The notes: generated by a model not told the origin, from the sequence alone. DNA of 64,000 nt from Burkholderiales bacterium (GCA_023701005.1 JAMPXW010000001.1:143843-207842); one strand, 5' to 3'. Positions 35,950-45,842 are shown, numbered from the stretch's first letter. Numbers and translations are program-made.

Positions 35950-36423
35950 ATGAATAAAAAAATGATTTTGTGGTTTTTAATAGTTATCCTAGTCGTAGGA
36001 GCTTTAATTTTTATTATAATTAACAAAAAAGATGATCCTACTTTTGTAGATGATACAAACAAAGGAGAAGAAAATATGCAAAATGAAGAAGGGGTTAAAG
36101 TTACAATTATAAAAGAAGGTGATGGTGAAATAGCTAAAAGTGGAGACACTGTGGCTGTGAATTATACAGGTAAGCTTATGGATGGCACTGTGTTTGATTC
36201 AAATGTAGATCCAAAATTTTCTCATGTAGAACCTTTTGCTTTCACTATAGATGGAGGGCAAGTTATAAGAGGTTGGGATGTAGGAGTGAATGGAATGAAA
36301 GTAGGCGAAAAAAGAATGCTTGAAATAGCGCCAGAGTTTGCTTATGGAGATAATGGGATAGGCCCGATACCTCCTAAATCAACTCTTATTTTTGAAGTCG
36401 AATTATTAGCAATTAAAAAATAA
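35950..36423 (+). CDS. FKBP-type peptidyl-prolyl cis-trans isomerase with N-terminal membrane anchor
   Basis: TM ILWFLIVILVVGALIFIII; FKBP core V.V.Y.G.L.DG..FDSS......F..G.G.VI.GWD.G..GM.VGE.R.L.IP...AYG. Confidence 0.8.
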   Translation: MNKKMILWFLIVILVVGALIFIIINKKDDPTFVDDTNKGEENMQNEEGVKVTIIKEGDGEIAKSGDTVAVNYTGKLMDGTVFDSNVDPKFSHVEPFAFTIDGGQVIRGWDVGVNGMKVGEKRMLEIAPEFAYGDNGIGPIPPKSTLIFEVELLAIKK

Positions 36424-36429
36424 AATTTT

Positions 36430-37224
36430 ATGGAAATACCAAATGAATATAAAAAGAATATATATTTAGCATTGTTTGTGTTTTTGATTATTGTGTCTCT
36501 TTATTTTGCTGTTAAATTTTTATCTGAATTTAAATCTTATGGAATGATAGGCAGTAAAGAAGTTAGTACTATCACTTTGTCTGGGCATGGAGAAGTGAAT
36601 GCAGTTCCAGATATAGCAGGAGTTGATTTTACTATCAATAAAGAAGCAAAGACTGTAAAAGAAGCACAAAGTCTCGTAGCAGAAGTAGAGAAGAAAGCAT
36701 TAACTTTCTTGAAAGAAGCTGGGGTTGCTGATAAGGACATAAAGACATCAAATGCATCTTTCAATCCTAAATATGAATATAAATATGAAAAAGTAGTTTG
36801 TAATGAATTTGGATGTCCTCCTAATAATGGAAAGAGTGTTATCGTAGGATATGAAGCTTCAGAAAGTATTACTGTTAAAGTTAGAAATACCGATGATGTT
36901 GGTAAAATAATGCAAGGTCTTGGAGGATTGGGAGTTTCAAATCTTTATGGGCCTAATTTTTCAATTGATAATGAAGATGGCTTGAAAGCAGAAGCTAGAA
37001 AGAAGGCTATTGATGATGCGAGAGAAAAAGCAAAAATTTTGGCTAGAGATTTAGGAGTAAAACTCGGGAAGATTTCTTCATTTAATGAATCAGGTAATTA
37101 TCCTATGCCAATGTATGCAAAAACTATGATGGCAGAAGGTGCTGCTAGAGATTCAGCGGCTGTTATTCCAAAAGGAGAAAATACAATAAGTTCAGACGTT
37201 ACGATAGTGTACGAAATACGATAA
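36430..37224 (+). CDS. SIMPL/DUF541 (BP26/OMP28-like) periplasmic protein with N-terminal anchor
   Basis: TM LALFVFLIIVSLYFAVKFL, followed by two SIMPL-type beta-alpha repeats. Confidence 0.55.
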   Translation: MEIPNEYKKNIYLALFVFLIIVSLYFAVKFLSEFKSYGMIGSKEVSTITLSGHGEVNAVPDIAGVDFTINKEAKTVKEAQSLVAEVEKKALTFLKEAGVADKDIKTSNASFNPKYEYKYEKVVCNEFGCPPNNGKSVIVGYEASESITVKVRNTDDVGKIMQGLGGLGVSNLYGPNFSIDNEDGLKAEARKKAIDDAREKAKILARDLGVKLGKISSFNESGNYPMPMYAKTMMAEGAARDSAAVIPKGENTISSDVTIVYEIR

Positions 37225-37257
37225 TTGACTATTTTCGAATAAAAGAGTACTATTAAA

Positions 37258-37283
37258 AGAGCCCTTGAAAGGGGGCTTTTTTA
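37258..37283 (+). terminator. Rho-independent terminator (gcccttgaaagggggc + tttttt) upstream of secE
   Basis: GC hairpin plus T-run. Confidence 0.6.
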
Positions 37284-37306
37284 AAAGATTTAAGCGAAAA
37301 TACAAA

Positions 37307-37492
37307 ATGTCAAAAATAACTGAGTATTTTAAAGAAACAAAAATAGAGCTAAAACACGTTATTTGGCCTACTAAATATCAGACTATTTTATATACGATTA
37401 TTGTCATAGTCTTGTCTGTGTTGATAGCTTATATCTTGGGAGTGTTTGATTATGCTTTCTTACAAGGTTTGCAAAAAATAATTTCTTTTTAA
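37307..37492 (+). CDS. secE: Preprotein translocase subunit SecE (single TM)
   Basis: ..ETK.ELKHVIWPTK.Q.......VIV.....A..LG..D; immediately upstream of nusG. Confidence 0.75.
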   Translation: MSKITEYFKETKIELKHVIWPTKYQTILYTIIVIVLSVLIAYILGVFDYAFLQGLQKIISF

Positions 37493-37496
37493 TAAT

Positions 37497-38042
37497 ATGT
37501 CAAAACAAGAAACACAAGGCGCTAGAAATTGGTATGCTATACATACCTATGCTGGATACGAAAATGTTGTTTTACGTAATTTAAAGCAACGTATCGATTC
37601 ACTAGGAATGAATGATAAGATTTTTAATGTCATAGTACCAATTGAAAAAAAGATAAAGATAAAGGCTGGTAAACGTGTAGAAGTCGAAGAAAAGATTTAT
37701 CCAGGATATGTGTTGGTAGATATGATAGTTACAGATGATTCTTGGTATGTTGTTCGAAATACTCCACGTGTCACAGGTTTCGTTGGTGCTGGAGTAAACC
37801 CTGTACCATTAAGAAGTGACGAAGTAGATTATTTGTTTAAGAAAATGGATACTGGCACTCTTAAACACAATATCGACATTGCGATAGATGAGATAGTGAG
37901 AATAGTAGATGGTCCATTTAAAGATTTAGAAGGTAAGGTAAATTCTGTAGATCAAGAAAGAGGTAAAATAAAAGTATTAGTATCAATGTTTGGTCGTGAG
38001 ACCCCCGTCGAACTTGATTTCTTGCAAGTTAAGAAAACTTAA
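37497..38042 (+). CDS. nusG: Transcription termination/antitermination factor NusG
   Basis: NGN domain NWYAIHTYAGYENVV; KOW G..V.VVDGPF....G.V..VD...GK..V.V.MFGRETPVELDF.QV. Confidence 0.85.
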   Translation: MSKQETQGARNWYAIHTYAGYENVVLRNLKQRIDSLGMNDKIFNVIVPIEKKIKIKAGKRVEVEEKIYPGYVLVDMIVTDDSWYVVRNTPRVTGFVGAGVNPVPLRSDEVDYLFKKMDTGTLKHNIDIAIDEIVRIVDGPFKDLEGKVNSVDQERGKIKVLVSMFGRETPVELDFLQVKKT

Positions 38043-38058
38043 GGTAATCTAAAAATAT

Positions 38059-38484
38059 ATGGCAAAAAAGATAACAAAAAAAATAAAATTACAAATACAA
38101 GCAGCGAAAGCAACACCAGCTCCACCTTTGGGACCAGCATTGGGTCAGGCAGGTATTAACATTGGAGACTTTGTCACCAAATTTAATGCAGCTACTCAAA
38201 AGATGGCAGGGGACAAGGTTGGGGTAGTTATCACAGTTTTTGATGATAGAAGTTATGATTTCATAATAAAGACTCCACCAGTTACCGGACTTATTTTGAA
38301 AGCAGCAGGTATAGAAAAAGGATCAGGCAAAAATGCTACGACTAAGGTTGGAAAGATAACCAAAGCTCAAGCATTAGAGATTGCTAAAAAGAAAATGGCT
38401 GATTTGAACTCAAAAGATGATGTTGGTGCCATAAACATTGTAGCCGGTTCTGCTCGCTCAATGGGTATTGAAGTTAAAGACTAA
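38059..38484 (+). CDS. rplK: 50S ribosomal protein L11
   Basis: [28 protein letters not shown]...FN..T; 141 aa. Confidence 0.9.
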   Translation: MAKKITKKIKLQIQAAKATPAPPLGPALGQAGINIGDFVTKFNAATQKMAGDKVGVVITVFDDRSYDFIIKTPPVTGLILKAAGIEKGSGKNATTKVGKITKAQALEIAKKKMADLNSKDDVGAINIVAGSARSMGIEVKD

Positions 38485-38496
38485 AAATTGAATTAA

Positions 38497-38538
38497 AAAG
38501 AGCCCCGACTTACTAAAGTCGGGGCTCTTTACTTTTTG
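38497..38538 (+). terminator. Strong rho-independent terminator after rplK (agagccccgact...gtcggggctct + T-run)
   Basis: 11-bp GC-rich stem; no rplA follows. Confidence 0.75.
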
Positions 38539-38611
38539 TCTGTTGGGTGTTATTTTATCAGTAAGTAATTTGTTATTCGATAACTAATTTATTCTAAAAG
38601 CTGGAGGATTT

Positions 38612-39109
38612 ATGGGTTTACCGGATGTTTCTTACTGGACAGATGAAATCTTGGAAAAATTAAATAATTCTAAGAATTTTCAAGAGGCTTTTGATGCTTC
38701 TAAGGAGCTATTGGAATCTATGCCAAAAAACAAACGAATATGCATGGTTTGTGTATCAGTAGATCCTGGGGAAAACAGAAGCTTAAAACTTTTAAAAGAA
38801 CGGGTGCTTCTTTTGCAGAAGTATCGTAGGCATAATATTTTTGACACAGCTCCACTTCATGGAGTTTTGTTAAAATTATCTGAAAAGTGGATGAAACAAC
38901 AATTAAGATTAGTTTGCGAACCAGCATTGGATGTATACTACAGATTATTTAATTCCGGGTTAGTTCGTGTTGTATATTTTCACAAAGACGATGACCATAC
39001 TAGTATTTTTTTACTTAAAGAAAAATTAAAAACAATTTCACATTTACCTCAGGATTTTGAAAGAGAGTTAATTTTTGACGAAAATGATGCTCTTGTTTCT
39101 AATAATTAA
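38612..39109 (+). CDS. Hypothetical cytoplasmic protein (165 aa), own terminator at 39124-39156
   Basis: ORF with SD GGAGG 8 nt upstream; no motifs recognised; followed by hairpin aagcacctt..aaggtgctt + T-run. Confidence 0.45.
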   Translation: MGLPDVSYWTDEILEKLNNSKNFQEAFDASKELLESMPKNKRICMVCVSVDPGENRSLKLLKERVLLLQKYRRHNIFDTAPLHGVLLKLSEKWMKQQLRLVCEPALDVYYRLFNSGLVRVVYFHKDDDHTSIFLLKEKLKTISHLPQDFERELIFDENDALVSNN

Positions 39110-39209
39110 GAATTAAGTTATATAAGCACCTTTTAATAAAGGTGCTTTACTTTTTGTCTTATAAAGAGTATTTTGAAAGAAATAATTGTAAATTGATAAA
39201 GGAGGAGAT

Positions 39210-39779
39210 GTGAACGCTCATTCAGAAATTATAGTTGCTAGGCCTTTTTCTAGTGGATTAATAAAGGGTACAAATTTGTATCCATGGAATTGGAAAAAAG
39301 GAGAACTAGCTGTTTTAAGACAAAAAAGCTTTACTTTTTGGGATGTGAGAGAAATTAGTCTGTTCAATATAAATAGACTAAGGAATACACGTGGTAAAAT
39401 ATGTGGAATTTCCACTCCTTATACCACTGGAGGTTATGGAATAGAATTGAACACAAAAATATTTTACAAATGCATGCGGTATTTGGAATCAATAGGTTAT
39501 ACAATATTCAATTTCCCGGTTTTAGACATCGCAATTAGACCACTTAGAGAAAAATGGTGCGAAGAAAAGGGTGTGAAATATTGTGAACCAATATTTGGAG
39601 TCGTTTATAATGACGTCTTTCAATTTGGTGGCTTTGAAGAAATTTTCAGAACATCTAATTGGCCTAGTTCAGATGGATGCAATACGGAAGACGGATTATT
39701 TAAAAAATTTAATATTAATGTTTCTTCATTTCCTGAAGAAGAATTCAAAAAAATATTAAAAAGTCTGAATTTGGAATAG
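39210..39779 (+). CDS. Hypothetical protein (189 aa), GTG start after strong SD, own terminator at 39786-39816
   Basis: aaaggagg-4nt-GTG; no motifs recognised. Confidence 0.4.
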   Translation: MNAHSEIIVARPFSSGLIKGTNLYPWNWKKGELAVLRQKSFTFWDVREISLFNINRLRNTRGKICGISTPYTTGGYGIELNTKIFYKCMRYLESIGYTIFNFPVLDIAIRPLREKWCEEKGVKYCEPIFGVVYNDVFQFGGFEEIFRTSNWPSSDGCNTEDGLFKKFNINVSSFPEEEFKKILKSLNLE

Positions 39780-39848
39780 TTATAAGCGGTGTCATTATGA
39801 GCCGCTTTTTTTATTTGGCTTTTTTATTTGGTGCGGTATAATTGGTCT

Positions 39849-40379
39849 ATGAAAAAAGAAACTAAAATAAAAGATAGTCGCCCTTCTTGGGAAGAGTATT
39901 TTATGGGTATTGCTGAAAAGATTTCAGAAAGATCTAAGGATCCTTCTACTAAAACAGGTTGCATCTTTGTTGATGAAAAGAATAGACCAGTTTCTTTTGG
40001 TTACAATGGTTTTATTGGTGGATGTAATGAGAAAAAGATGACACAAGAGAGACCAATGAAATATTATCTAGTAATCCATGCAGAAATGAACGCCATTTTG
40101 TTTGCAAAGAAAGATTTATCAAATTGCACGGTGTACTCTTTATATGCTCCGTGTGAGAATTGTTTAAAACATATGATTCAAGCAGGGATAAAGAATATTA
40201 TTTATAAAAATCCTGTAGTAGAAAGTAAGGCCAATAACAATACGCAATCAATGACCACACAATTGACGAATGAAGCCATCACTCGAATGTTGCTTTCTAT
40301 GCCAGAAGTAAATTGTCGCAATATAAGTGGAAAAAGTTATTTAAAAGAAATGTGGGGCAATAATATACCTAAATTTTAA
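39849..40379 (+). CDS. dCMP/cytidine deaminase-family zinc enzyme (dCMP deaminase, ComEB-like)
   Basis: SWEEYFMGIA...RS.D..TK.GC; zinc motifs HAEMNAI and PCENC. Confidence 0.7.
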   Translation: MKKETKIKDSRPSWEEYFMGIAEKISERSKDPSTKTGCIFVDEKNRPVSFGYNGFIGGCNEKKMTQERPMKYYLVIHAEMNAILFAKKDLSNCTVYSLYAPCENCLKHMIQAGIKNIIYKNPVVESKANNNTQSMTTQLTNEAITRMLLSMPEVNCRNISGKSYLKEMWGNNIPKF

Positions 40380-40383
40380 TTTT

Positions 40384-40953
40384 ATGGATAAAAAAATAAT
40401 TATTGGAATAACTGGAACACTTGGTGCTGGGAAGGGAACGATTGTTCAACATCTTTTAAAAAATAATGAATTTATACATTTTTCTGCACGAGAAGATGTT
40501 ATTAATAAAGAGATAGAAAGAAGAGGGTTGCCAATAACAAGAGACAATATGGTTTTGGTTGCCAATGACCTTAGGAAAAATTATGGGCCTAGCCATGTTG
40601 CTGAAGAACTTTTTAAAATGGCACAAAATTCTGACAAAAATTGTGTTTTAGAAAGCTTAAGAACTGCAGGTGAAATTGAAGCACTTAGAAAAAAGGGTGA
40701 ATTTTATTTATTCGCGGTAAATGCTGAACAAGAAACAAGATACGATCGAATTCACAAGAGGGGAAATATGCAAAGTGATAATGTGAGTTTTGAAAAATTT
40801 GTTGAACAAGAAGAAATTGAAATGAAATCAGATGATCCAAATAAACAAAATTTGTCTAAATGTATTTCAATGGCAGATTATGTCTTTGATAATAATGGAA
40901 CTTTTGAAGATTTATATAAACAAGTAGATGAAGTAATTAAGAAACTTTCCTAA
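40384..40953 (+). CDS. P-loop deoxynucleoside monophosphate kinase-like protein (T4 gp1-like)
   Basis: Walker A GITGTLGAGKGT; C-terminal ..DNNGTFEDLYKQVDEVIKKL resembles the T4 dNMP kinase C-terminus. Confidence 0.5.
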   Translation: MDKKIIIGITGTLGAGKGTIVQHLLKNNEFIHFSAREDVINKEIERRGLPITRDNMVLVANDLRKNYGPSHVAEELFKMAQNSDKNCVLESLRTAGEIEALRKKGEFYLFAVNAEQETRYDRIHKRGNMQSDNVSFEKFVEQEEIEMKSDDPNKQNLSKCISMADYVFDNNGTFEDLYKQVDEVIKKLS

Positions 40954-40956
40954 TTA

Positions 40957-42312
40957 TTATTTTAAAACAATATCATGTTCTCCTCGTTTTATATCAAAGC
41001 GATCTGTTTCTTCATCTAGATGCATAACTAGACCATATTTACTAAATAATTTTACTAAGACACTCGCTAGCATTTTTGCTTTTTTTCTAAGAGTGGGATG
41101 TACAAATCTTGTCGCTCGAAGTTCTGCCAAATAGATTAAATAATTTAAACTTCCAGTTAATCTATTTGATATATTAAATCCCATAGCAATGTAGTATTGT
41201 TTTTCTTCTTTTAGAATATTTAATTTTTCTATTTTTTCTACCTGTTTCTTAATAAAAGTTTTGGCTTTTTCTTGTAGTTCTTTTGGTAATTCATCTATAT
41301 ACCAATTTTCGAAACTAATTTCAGTTGTGAGTAAAGGCATTCTTTGTGTTATTGCACGATGTCTTTGTAAATCTCTGAAAGATCCAAAGTCGAGAAGAAA
41401 TTCAAATTGCAATGTCCCCGCTTCTGCTAAATGTTTTGGCAATTCAGTTTTCATCGGTCTTTTTTCTAGGATTTCTTTCGGTAGTAATTTGATATTTATA
41501 GAATTATTAGTTAATTCAAAATTAGGACAATTTTTGTCATGATAATAATATTCATTTTTTACCCAAAATTCATTGTAACTTTCCGTATTTTTAAAAATTT
41601 CATGACTGAATGAATTAGGGAATGAGTCAAAAAGTGCAGATTGTATTGCTTCTGAGATATTTCTAACTTCTTCGAGTGGGTGGTGTCGGAGTAGCATTAG
41701 TTTATCAGCAGCCTGTCGTAAATTTGTATGCCAAGCTAGATTGGTGGTTGATCCGGCTGGTAGAAAACCTCTTAATATATCAAAAGCTCTTGCATTAATT
41801 GCTTTGTTATAAATATTTTCTACTTCACCTTTGCTTATAGGATAAATCTTTTTGAGATGTTCTTTTGTTGGTTCCATGGTTTCGATATAAAAAGTTCTCC
41901 AAGATTCTAAAATTTCTTCTCCTTCTTTTGTCCCAATTGGATTTTTAAATAGTTGAGTTTTAAAATCTACATAACGCGTAGATGATTCTTGTCCAGAATA
42001 TAAAGGCCAATCCTGAATTGCCTTTGCGGCTAACATAGAGATACCTTCGATAAATATTGAAGTGCTTCCACAATCACCGATTGATTTATGTCCATATCCA
42101 ACATAAAAATTTTTCATAAAATTATCTGGACCTTTTTCTGAAAGTATTTTTAGATGATTTTTTAGGCCTCCCGTAGATCTAGAATGGAGAGCTTGAAGCA
42201 TGGCAGCCGATTCCGGCCCTATAACCGACCCTGTATCGAGAACAATAACGATACCCCCACCTTTTATTTGAGCTTCGTGATGTTTTAAGTTTTCTAGATT
42301 TTTATTTTCCAT
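40957..42312 (-). CDS. thyX: Tandem-fused flavin-dependent thymidylate synthase (two ThyX-like domains in one 451-aa polypeptide)
   Basis: Domain 1: ALHSRS, GHKSIGDCGSTSIFIEGISMLAAKAIQDWPLYSGQESSTRY (retains S.QE.S.RY, lacks RHR) and LPAGSTTNLAWHTNLRQ. Domain 2: FEFLLDFGSFRDLQRHRAIT (retains RHR) and YLIYLAELRATRF. Confidence 0.6.
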   Translation of the reverse strand: MENKNLENLKHHEAQIKGGGIVIVLDTGSVIGPESAAMLQALHSRSTGGLKNHLKILSEKGPDNFMKNFYVGYGHKSIGDCGSTSIFIEGISMLAAKAIQDWPLYSGQESSTRYVDFKTQLFKNPIGTKEGEEILESWRTFYIETMEPTKEHLKKIYPISKGEVENIYNKAINARAFDILRGFLPAGSTTNLAWHTNLRQAADKLMLLRHHPLEEVRNISEAIQSALFDSFPNSFSHEIFKNTESYNEFWVKNEYYYHDKNCPNFELTNNSINIKLLPKEILEKRPMKTELPKHLAEAGTLQFEFLLDFGSFRDLQRHRAITQRMPLLTTEISFENWYIDELPKELQEKAKTFIKKQVEKIEKLNILKEEKQYYIAMGFNISNRLTGSLNYLIYLAELRATRFVHPTLRKKAKMLASVLVKLFSKYGLVMHLDEETDRFDIKRGEHDIVLK

Positions 42313-42434
42313 ATTTTTTTAGTATAACATTTCTCTGATTTCTGGTGTAGGGAAAATTTATTTGACAAAATATTATAAAAATGCTATTCTTAAAACATCA
42401 TTCTCATCTAACATAATATTGGGAGTGACCCAAT

Positions 42435-43685
42435 ATGTATAAAAATAATAACTCATCAAAACCGAAGAAATTCGGGCATTCTAAATTTGGCTCAAAACCA
42501 AAATCTGCTCATAAATTCGGAGGTAAAAATTTTAAAAGAAGTGGAGGTCGTTCTAAAAAGAGAGGTTTTTCCGAGCGGATAGATTTTTCTCGTTTTATAA
42601 AAAAAGGCCAGCATGTAGAAGAGAAGCCATATGTGTCTAAGCACACATTTATAGATTTTCCTTTTGATCCTCAAATTCATAAAAACATAGCAAGAGCTCA
42701 ATTTATAAATCCAAGACCTATCCAAGATCAAGCTATCCCTTCTGTACTGAAAGGCATGGATGTCTTTGGTATGGCAAACACGGGGACAGGTAAGACGGCA
42801 GCATTTTTGTTGCCTTTGATTGAAAAGATAGTTAAGACTAAGGGCCAAAATAAAAGAGAGACTGTTTTGATCATGGCACCTACGAGAGAGCTCGCAATGC
42901 AGATAGATTCAGATTTTAAGATGTTAGGCTTTGGCTTAGGAATTTTCTCTGTATCTTGTGTCGGAGGACTTCCGATAATGAGACAAATAAGTGAAATAAA
43001 AAGAGGGGTGTCTTTCGTTATAGGTACACCTGGAAGGATAAGAGATCTCATCGATAGAAAAGTTTTGGATTTTTCTACTTGTCATTCTGTCGTACTCGAT
43101 GAGGCAGATAGAATGCTAGACATGGGATTTCGGGATGATATGGTTTTTATCCTTGGTAAAGTTCCAAAAGAAGACAGACAGACTCTTTTCTTTTCAGCAA
43201 CATTATCACCAGAAGTAAAAAAGCTAACTACAGAATTTCTTAAAGATCCTGTCTTTATTTCTGTAATTTCTGGAGAAACTGCAAAAAATATTGACCAAGA
43301 TGTAGTTCGTACTAGGAGCAAAGAAGAAAAATTAGAAAAACTCCACGAAATCTTAAAAAAGGATGGCTCTGATAAAGTTTTGATTTTTAGAGAAATGAAA
43401 CATAGCGTAGATGATCTGACTAAAGAGTTGAAACATATGGGCTTTAAGGTGGGTTGTATACATGGAGACAAGAGAAGTCGTGAACGTATTCGCACATTAG
43501 AACAATTTAAAAAAGATCAAATAAATATTTTAATTGCGACAGATGTCGCAGCTCGTGGCCTCGATATACCAGATGTGACACATGTCATAAATTATGATAT
43601 TCCTCAAACATACGATACGTATGTGCACAGAATAGGCCGTACTGGCCGTTCAGGCAAAAAGGGAACAGCACTTACTTTCGTGTAA
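42435..43685 (+). CDS. DEAD-box ATP-dependent RNA helicase with basic N-terminal extension
   Basis: Q-motif, motif I MANTGTGKT, II VLDEADRMLDMGF, III SAT, VI HRIGRTGRSGKKG. Confidence 0.85.
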   Translation: MYKNNNSSKPKKFGHSKFGSKPKSAHKFGGKNFKRSGGRSKKRGFSERIDFSRFIKKGQHVEEKPYVSKHTFIDFPFDPQIHKNIARAQFINPRPIQDQAIPSVLKGMDVFGMANTGTGKTAAFLLPLIEKIVKTKGQNKRETVLIMAPTRELAMQIDSDFKMLGFGLGIFSVSCVGGLPIMRQISEIKRGVSFVIGTPGRIRDLIDRKVLDFSTCHSVVLDEADRMLDMGFRDDMVFILGKVPKEDRQTLFFSATLSPEVKKLTTEFLKDPVFISVISGETAKNIDQDVVRTRSKEEKLEKLHEILKKDGSDKVLIFREMKHSVDDLTKELKHMGFKVGCIHGDKRSRERIRTLEQFKKDQINILIATDVAARGLDIPDVTHVINYDIPQTYDTYVHRIGRTGRSGKKGTALTFV

Positions 43686-43717
43686 AATAATTTAAATAAA
43701 TATGCTATCATTCTTTT

Positions 43718-44818
43718 ATGATGGTTTTGATTTTTTCTATAGTTATTTTATTATTTGCAACTATTAATCTAATTGCTTACAAAACATTTGTGACGATTTT
43801 CCCTGTATTTGCATCAAAGCATCTTTTTTTGATTCGTATCATTTTCTTAGTATTGATGCTGAGCTTTATATTAGCTTCGTTTATGGCTAGATATGATGAT
43901 TCTTTTTTTGCAAAAATATTTTACACAATTTCAGCAAGTTGGTTTGGTTTTTTATCTTATCTTTTTCTTGTCGCTGTTTTATATTCAATAATTTTAATTG
44001 TTTTTCATTTTATTTCTCCAAATTTTTCTGTACTTTGGATAGGCAAAATTCTTTTTTGTTTGTTAATAATACTTGGTGTTTATGGTTTGTATAATGCACA
44101 AAAAATTATCATTACAAAGGTAAATATTTCAATACCAAATCTTCCAGAATCTTGGAAAGGTAGAAAAGCAGTATTTATATCGGATATTCATTTTGGACCC
44201 ATATATAGTGCAGGTACAGCGAGAGAAATTTCTAAAAAGATAGAAGAGCTAAACCCCGATATAGTTTTCAACGGAGGAGATACTTATGATGGTGTCGGAG
44301 GTGATGTTTTTACTCCCATAAAATTATTGGCAGATTTTAAGCCCTATCTTGGGCATTATTTTGTTACAGGGAATCATGAAGAGTATGGCAACAAAGCAGG
44401 TTATTTAGATGCTATAAAAAAAGCGGGTATAAAAATTTTAAATAATGAAGCTGTCGTTGTGGAAGGGGTGAATATTGTTGGTGTTGATTTTACAACTACT
44501 TCAAAGAAGGAAGATTTTAAAAACATACTAGATGGTATTTCTTTAGATTCAAAGAATCCTTCAATTTTGTTGAAACATGTGCCTTTTGATTTAGGCGTAG
44601 CTTCAGATAAGGGAATAGATTTACAACTTTCTGGACATACTCATCGCGGGCAAGCTTTCCCATTAAGCTTCATATCTAATTTTGTTTACAAGGGATATGA
44701 TTATGGATTAAAAACTTTTAATTCTATGCAAGTTCTTGTGACAGATGGTGTAGGGACATGGGGCCCTCCCATGCGTGTCGGCACTCATTCTGAAATAGTA
44801 TTGATTACTTTTGAATAA
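43718..44818 (+). CDS. Membrane-anchored calcineurin-like metallophosphoesterase
   Basis: ~5 N-terminal TM helices, then phosphoesterase motifs ISDIHFG, GGDTYDG, GNHE, SGHTHRG. Confidence 0.7.
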   Translation: MMVLIFSIVILLFATINLIAYKTFVTIFPVFASKHLFLIRIIFLVLMLSFILASFMARYDDSFFAKIFYTISASWFGFLSYLFLVAVLYSIILIVFHFISPNFSVLWIGKILFCLLIILGVYGLYNAQKIIITKVNISIPNLPESWKGRKAVFISDIHFGPIYSAGTAREISKKIEELNPDIVFNGGDTYDGVGGDVFTPIKLLADFKPYLGHYFVTGNHEEYGNKAGYLDAIKKAGIKILNNEAVVVEGVNIVGVDFTTTSKKEDFKNILDGISLDSKNPSILLKHVPFDLGVASDKGIDLQLSGHTHRGQAFPLSFISNFVYKGYDYGLKTFNSMQVLVTDGVGTWGPPMRVGTHSEIVLITFE

Positions 44819-44829
44819 AAAATAAAAAA

Positions 44830-44858
44830 CTAAAAATCCCCTTAACGGGGATTTTTAG
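44830..44858. terminator. Bidirectional terminator (aaaaatcccc-ttaa-cggggattttt) between the phosphoesterase gene (+) and rpmB (-)
   Basis: Perfect hairpin flanked by A-run and T-run. Confidence 0.75.
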
Positions 44859-44865
44859 TTTAGAT

Positions 44866-45117
44866 TTATTTTGCTTTTACGAGTCCGGCTTTTACGAGAG
44901 TTTTATAAACACCATTTTTCTTTATTGTCCTTAGTCCTCTAGTAGAAACTTCGATTATAACTTTTTTATTTAATTCAGGAACAAACACCTTCTTCTTTTG
45001 AAGATTTGGATATTTTCTCTTTTTACCAGTTGGGTTGAATTTAGTAGCACGAGTTCTGTTTGAGTACCCGCCACCGACTATTGAACCCTTTTTTGATATT
45101 GCACATATTTTTACCAT
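44866..45117 (-). CDS. rpmB: 50S ribosomal protein L28
   Basis: M.K.C.I..KG...G...S.....T.R.F.PNLQ...V; 83 aa. Confidence 0.7.
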   Translation of the reverse strand: MVKICAISKKGSIVGGGYSNRTRATKFNPTGKKRKYPNLQKKKVFVPELNKKVIIEVSTRGLRTIKKNGVYKTLVKAGLVKAK

Positions 45118-45167
45118 AGTTTTTTTATGCTATCATAGAAAAGAGAGGTTGGCAACTCTTAATTTTT

Positions 45168-45779
45168 ATGGATACTATATTTTTCATAGCAATACTTATA
45201 ATGTCAGTCGTTATTCATGAAGTTTCTCATGGCTTCATGGCACTTCGTTTTGATGATAGAACAGCCCTCTATGCAGGCAGATTGACGTTAAATCCTCTGA
45301 AACATTTAGATATGTTTGGTTCTATTCTTTTACCAGCTTTCCTTGTATTAACAAATTCTCCATTTATGTTTGGTTGGGCAAAACCTGTACCATATAATCC
45401 TGAAAATTTGAGCAATAAGAAATGGGGAAGTATAGCAGTAGCTTCGGCTGGGGTTTTAGCAAATTTATTTATTGCAATTTTATTTGGTTTAATATTACGT
45501 TTCTTTTTCATGAATGGTTTGGTTCAAGAAGCGAGTTCTATGATCGCAGAGATTGTCCTGATAAATCTAGGATTGGCTATTTTTAATCTTGTGCCTATTC
45601 CACCGCTTGATGGTTCTAAAATATTGTTTGGACTTTTGCCTACTTCTTTTGAACCCCATATTGATTTCATAGAAAGATATTCCCTTATCCTTATAGCCAT
45701 TTTTATTTTTTATTTTTCTGATTCATTGTCTCCAATTTTAACTTTTTTGTTTAAACTCATAACAGGACTTGCAATTTAA
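45168..45779 (+). CDS. Site-2 protease (peptidase M50)-like intramembrane zinc metalloprotease
   Basis: HEVSHG (HExxH) in the first TM helix; ...LNPLKHLD...; multi-TM. Confidence 0.6.
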   Translation: MDTIFFIAILIMSVVIHEVSHGFMALRFDDRTALYAGRLTLNPLKHLDMFGSILLPAFLVLTNSPFMFGWAKPVPYNPENLSNKKWGSIAVASAGVLANLFIAILFGLILRFFFMNGLVQEASSMIAEIVLINLGLAIFNLVPIPPLDGSKILFGLLPTSFEPHIDFIERYSLILIAIFIFYFSDSLSPILTFLFKLITGLAI

Positions 45780-45842
45780 ATTTTTTAATAGTATATTATT
45801 GCCATAGTCCTATGGGGCTATTTTGTTTAGTCATACGTTTAT

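Noticed and set aside
40957-42312. The 451-aa ThyX-like ORF as two separate adjacent thyX genes or a frameshifted pair
   Set aside because: Single uninterrupted frame with no internal stop or plausible internal start/SD. The two halves have complementary, not redundant, motif content, which argues for a genuine fusion.
42492-43495. Minus-strand ORFs inside the DEAD-box helicase gene
   Set aside because: Overlapped by a CDS with all helicase motifs in order.
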